DNA of 64,000 nucleotides, taken from Octopus bimaculoides. Taxonomy: Eukaryota. Positions 60,485 through 64,000 of this stretch are shown piece after piece; the first letter of the stretch is position 1; every line of letters starts with the position of its first letter. The notes below the pieces were generated by a model that saw nothing but the letters and a program-made list of their open reading frames with translations, had not been told where the DNA came from and searched no databases. Position numbers and translations under genes: made by a program. Location of the stretch: positions 85,577,268 to 85,641,267 of the forward strand of contig NC_068989.1 of assembly GCF_001194135.2 (NCBI RefSeq), written 5' to 3'.

Positions 60485-61796
60485 GACAGGCTTCTTCAGT
60501 TTTCATCGACCAAATCCATTCAGAAATATAAGACACTTGCCCAAGAGGTCTGGGGGGGGGGTTATTAAACGATATCGACTGGACGGTCACATACAGATAT
60601 ACATTCGCATTTCCTTTTCTAACAGCCTATTGAAACACAAGTAAAATTTTACCCGAATCTTATGTTACATATGCAGAACATATACATATGTATAAGAACT
60701 GCCGGGCATATCAATTTCTTTTATACCTTTTTTCTTATGGTCTAAATATTTCATGATTTTTACTTTTCGACAGTATTTTATTCCTATATTTTTATTTTAT
60801 AAAAGCTCTCAGTAACTAACAATTGTACTGATCGAGCTTGACAGAAAGATATATAATGTGTATTCATTATAAGTTCGCTCAAGTTATACTACGGACATGG
60901 AATGTATTCACATATGTTTTAGAACGTTTTGTGTATGGACGCAACATGGCCAAATGGTTTTAAAGCATGGATGGGCAACTTTTTCGGAGAAGCAAGCCGC
61001 ACGAGATATTAGGCGGTTCGCACTCCTTAAAAAAAAAAAAGAAAAGAAAGAAATTCAAGCTAATTTTACGTTTCGGCGAACTATTCAGTAAGTTGGGCAG
61101 GTTGTCCATGACAGCTTTAGAAGTTCATTTGACATAATTACAGATTGGTGCCTCCCCCTCCCACTCCGACTTTGTTACCTGAAAAATACATTCTTTTACA
61201 ATGAAATTTGGTCAAGATAGGCTTCCGAGGGTGTAGAAGACGATTATGTTGATAACATTAAGAAAAACTGATGCGAAGTGAGAGTGAATTTCGGATCCTT
61301 TTCCCCCCACCTCCCGACATCATTTNNNNNNNNNNTGTTACCTGAAAAATACATTCTTTTACAATGAAATTTGGTCAAGATAGGCTTCCGAGGGTGTAGA
61401 AGACGATTATGTTGATAACATTAAGAAAAACTGATGCGAAGTGAGAGTGAATTTCGGATCCTTTTCCCCCCACCTCCCGACATCATTTCTTTGTAACTCT
61501 TTAAAATGCATATTTTTTTAATATTGTGGTGAAATATATTTTCGCGAGTCAAATTAGGTAATGTTTGAAACATAAATTTAAACACATTAAAGTTAAAAAC
61601 GCTAAAGTTAAGGAAATTAGAGATAACAAAGTCGAGGATGGGGGATAAACGGCATTTAGAGTCGGTAAGAACACGTGGACACATAACGAGAGAGGAATAT
61701 GGTAATAACGTCATACCCTTCGACGTAGCTGCGAGTAGACATATACTCGTTTAAAGATTTCAAACCAGCATCTGTTTTCAGGTCTCCAAAACCCAT
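51453..61796 (-). CDS. EEF1B2: Elongation factor 1-beta, 6 coding exons, 226 aa
   Basis: complement(join(51453..51539,52279..52346,53639..53764,54638..54834,55649..55771,61717..61796)) = 681 nt. Reads MGFGDLKT...SYVEGYEPSQAD...HAKRWFEHI...DLFGSDED...[12 protein letters not shown]...[20 protein letters not shown]...[12 protein letters not shown]. Confidence 0.97.
52279..52346 (-). CDS. EEF1B2: EF1-beta exon 5: (S)[22 protein letters not shown]
   Basis: ttttcttccag acceptor and aag|GTGAGG donor. Confidence 0.97.
53639..53764 (-). CDS. EEF1B2: EF1-beta exon 4: (K)[22 protein letters not shown]...LLWGA
   Basis: ctctcactcag acceptor and GTAAGT donor; GEF domain. Confidence 0.97.
54638..54834 (-). 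CDS. EEF1B2: EF1-beta exon 3: acidic region with the DLFGSDE CK2 site
   Basis: ttcattgtcag acceptor and GTGAGT donor. Confidence 0.96.
54898..54965 (-). ncRNA. Candidate intronic box C/D snoRNA
   Basis: C-like GTGATGG (54960-54954), D'-like CCGA (54937-54934), D box CTGA (54905-54902) and a short tgg/cca terminal stem. The 3' end lies about 65 nt upstream of the 3' splice site. Confidence 0.3.
55649..55771 (-). CDS. EEF1B2: EF1-beta exon 2: [40 protein letters not shown]
   Basis: tattttccag acceptor and GTAAGA donor; 123 nt. Confidence 0.97.
56063..56277 (+). mobile_element. tRNA-headed SINE (family F), third copy
   Basis: Co-linear with 23314..23542; an inverted tail fragment of the same family lies at 55980..56028. 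Confidence 0.85.
56200..56245 (+). ncRNA. Minimal type I hammerhead ribozyme fold inside the SINE
   Basis: GACAC-CTGATGA-a-GGCTG(gaaggtatat)CAACC-GAAA-CG-T-T-GTGTC: 5-bp stem I, intact core, stem II with one mismatch, palindromic ACGT stem III. Confidence 0.65.
61717..61796 (-). CDS. EEF1B2: EF1-beta exon 1 coding part: [26 protein letters not shown]
   Basis: ATG in caagATGg context; gg|GTATGA donor. Confidence 0.97.
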
Positions 61797-61799
61797 CTT

Positions 61800-62090
61800 G
61801 ACGGAAATTTTTCAGCTAAAAACGAAGGAGTTCGCAGAATACGTTCAGCTTCCAATGGCTGTAAAATGGCGTAAAGACCGGTGACAACTGAAATATTCCC
61901 GAATTTAAAACAGGGACTGTATTTCTTTTTGTTTTTTCTTATTGTTTCTTGAATACATGTGTGTGTATGCATATATATATATATATATATATATTATACA
62001 GGCTTAATGCCAATGTAATTTATCAATATATGTATTTATGTGTGTGTGAATATCTATATATGTATGTAGGGAGAGAGGGGCGGGGGATTT
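61800..62090 (-). promoter_or_regulatory. EF1-beta 5' UTR and core promoter region
   Basis: CpG-containing; YY1-type CGCCATTTT (61871-61863), Inr-like TCAGTT (61891-61886), pyrimidine tract CTCCTTCGTTTTT (~61830-61818) and GC box at 62077-62086. Confidence 0.5.
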
Positions 62091-64000
62091 CAAGCGTTAC
62101 AGAAATGAGGTACTCCTGAAAGCCTTGCTATAACGCAAATCCTTATAATGCGGAATTAATTTTTCCATTGATTTTTATGTTATAAAATAAGATGTATTCC
62201 TTCGGATTTTTGCAGGTTAAAAAACGATACATGAACAGCAGACAAATAACTTTTATAAGCATACACAAATACATTAGGGAATAAATAAAAGTTGTAATAG
62301 AGTATGTACTAAAAAAAGATATTGACTTCTGAGGTAGGGTATAAGAGATTGAGAGACACTATGTTCTATCATATAGTTCATCATCATCAACATTTACTTA
62401 AGGAATGAAGAATTTATCCAAAATTGTTTGCTGTTTATGGCACATTATCTCTTTCTACAGCACAGTGTAGGAACTGAGCTCATTGTAAACACTTGTAATC
62501 TTGTAATATGTTCAGATCTTCCCTCTACTAGTGTGAAACCTCTGGCAATGTTCATTGCAGTTAATTTAAGTGGAATTGATGGAATTTCTATATTCAGTGG
62601 ATGTAAGAATGAAGATGAATGGGTGAAAAAGTGTGGTGAGAGAAAGTTATGCATGATTAGTTAACTGAACTGAAGTGTAGGATTGAACTTACACATTCTC
62701 AAAACAAAAAGTTAACATCCCGTTAATATCTAAATAAGACCAACACCAACCAAACTGTGTGACAGTGCTGTTGACTAACAACATTACAACATTCTTTTGT
62801 GAAATCCTTTGACCTGAAAATGACATACCTAAGCATACACAAAGTTATACATGCAAGAATAAATTCTAACCATTAGCACTGACACAAATTTAATCAATAT
62901 AAATTCTACATACAATGTAACATACAGCATGATTATCATAATTATCATTCAACAGAACTCAGGTTACACTAGAAAATTTGAAATTAACGGACTATATAAT
63001 GCCAAGATGAACCTAACCCATTACCTACCAGTGATCTCATATGAGATCACCTAAAAATTACAAATTTCGTAATTATCTGTCAATATTTACACATATCTAA
63101 CCTTTTTGCTATATCTACTAGGTATATTTCTCTGATATTCAAATGAAGTTTGCTAATTTTTCACCCAATATCTCGCTTATTTCTATTTAAAATGTTATTT
63201 TGATCATTCCAGTGTGTTTCTAAGGCTGTTTTATGCTAGAAATCAAAGTTTCATAAAAAAAATTCCAGTTAATAGAATTATAGGAGTTAATGGGTTAAAT
63301 GATTTCTAGTCTGATAATGGCTTACCTGGCTGAAACTTCAAAGTCACTGTCAGTACTATTCTTATCAAAGAATAATAAAGATATACTCTACCAAATGTAT
63401 TGACTAATCCTTCAACTTATTGAAAAATTGCTTTTATTATGACATAAAAACAAAAGATAATACACGCACACACACATACATATACACACACACACACATA
63501 CACAAACACATGTATATGTATATAGTTGAAATTTACAGAAAAACAAAAGACAAAGCCAGGTGTACGAACAACAAGCAGGTGTATTAGTTTGACGCTCGGG
63601 AAAGTCTTTTATGTTTTGAGTTTGTAGTTATAAATATATAAAAATATGTCCTTCTGTTGAAATGTAATTTCAGTAAATTTCTATATCTTTGTGCAGCTGA
63701 GGATTGCTCTGCATTTTACATTTGATGTAATGTTCACATTGCTTAAATAAATGGAGTCGCATGAAACGATCGTACTGCATTAACTTTGGATATCCTTGTT
63801 GCTTATTTTGATTTTAATCACCTTATTTTAGAATTGTATGGATAATACCATACTTAATTCTGGTATTTTAAATAGTATTTAAAATTGGAACTTACACACA
63901 AGGTACAGGAAACGTATACCATTTTGATTAAATAATGGAACTGCAGGTACAATATCCCTGAATATCTCACGTCTGCTTTCATTCCTCCTCTTCACTCTCT

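Noticed and set aside
61173-61488. 153-bp exact direct repeat in EF1-beta intron 1
   Set aside because: The copies abut a 10-N gap, indicating an unmerged overlap. The same applies to the 18-bp repeat at 47048-47093.

Overview
AT-rich, repeat-dense eukaryotic genomic DNA with N-gaps. The SINE and microsatellite landscape suggests a coleoid cephalopod such as Octopus (inference). I could reconstruct three genes by hand. (1) A plus-strand DBF4/ASK/Chiffon-family gene, CDS join(19347..19416,22257..22396,24244..24417,24992..25039,26624..26681,28135..28220,29108..29123?,30876..31167,32094..32232,33308..33453,34992..38145), about 1440 aa. It has motifs N, M and C, then a ~1050-aa low-complexity tail in one 3.15-kb exon, and a candidate CCAAT/E2F/CHR promoter near 16.1-16.2 kb. 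(2) A solitary intronless histone H2B (46482..46850, +) with no intact stem-loop. (3) A six-exon EF1-beta gene on the minus strand (61796..51453, 226 aa). Part of an unidentified minus-strand spliced gene lies at 1.5-2.7 kb. Mobile DNA includes several tRNA-derived SINE families, RTE LINE 3' ends, a Helitron helicase remnant, a Tigger remnant interrupted by piggyBac-like MITEs, hAT and Tigger MITEs, and a probable solo LTR. The most unusual observations are a tRNA-headed SINE carrying a Penelope-type minimal hammerhead ribozyme fold (one locus is a head-to-head dimer with a possible 13-bp TSD) and the extended DBF4 tail with FxGF and DSGxxS motifs. All gene models and family assignments are by eye, with no database searches, and repeat boundaries are approximate.
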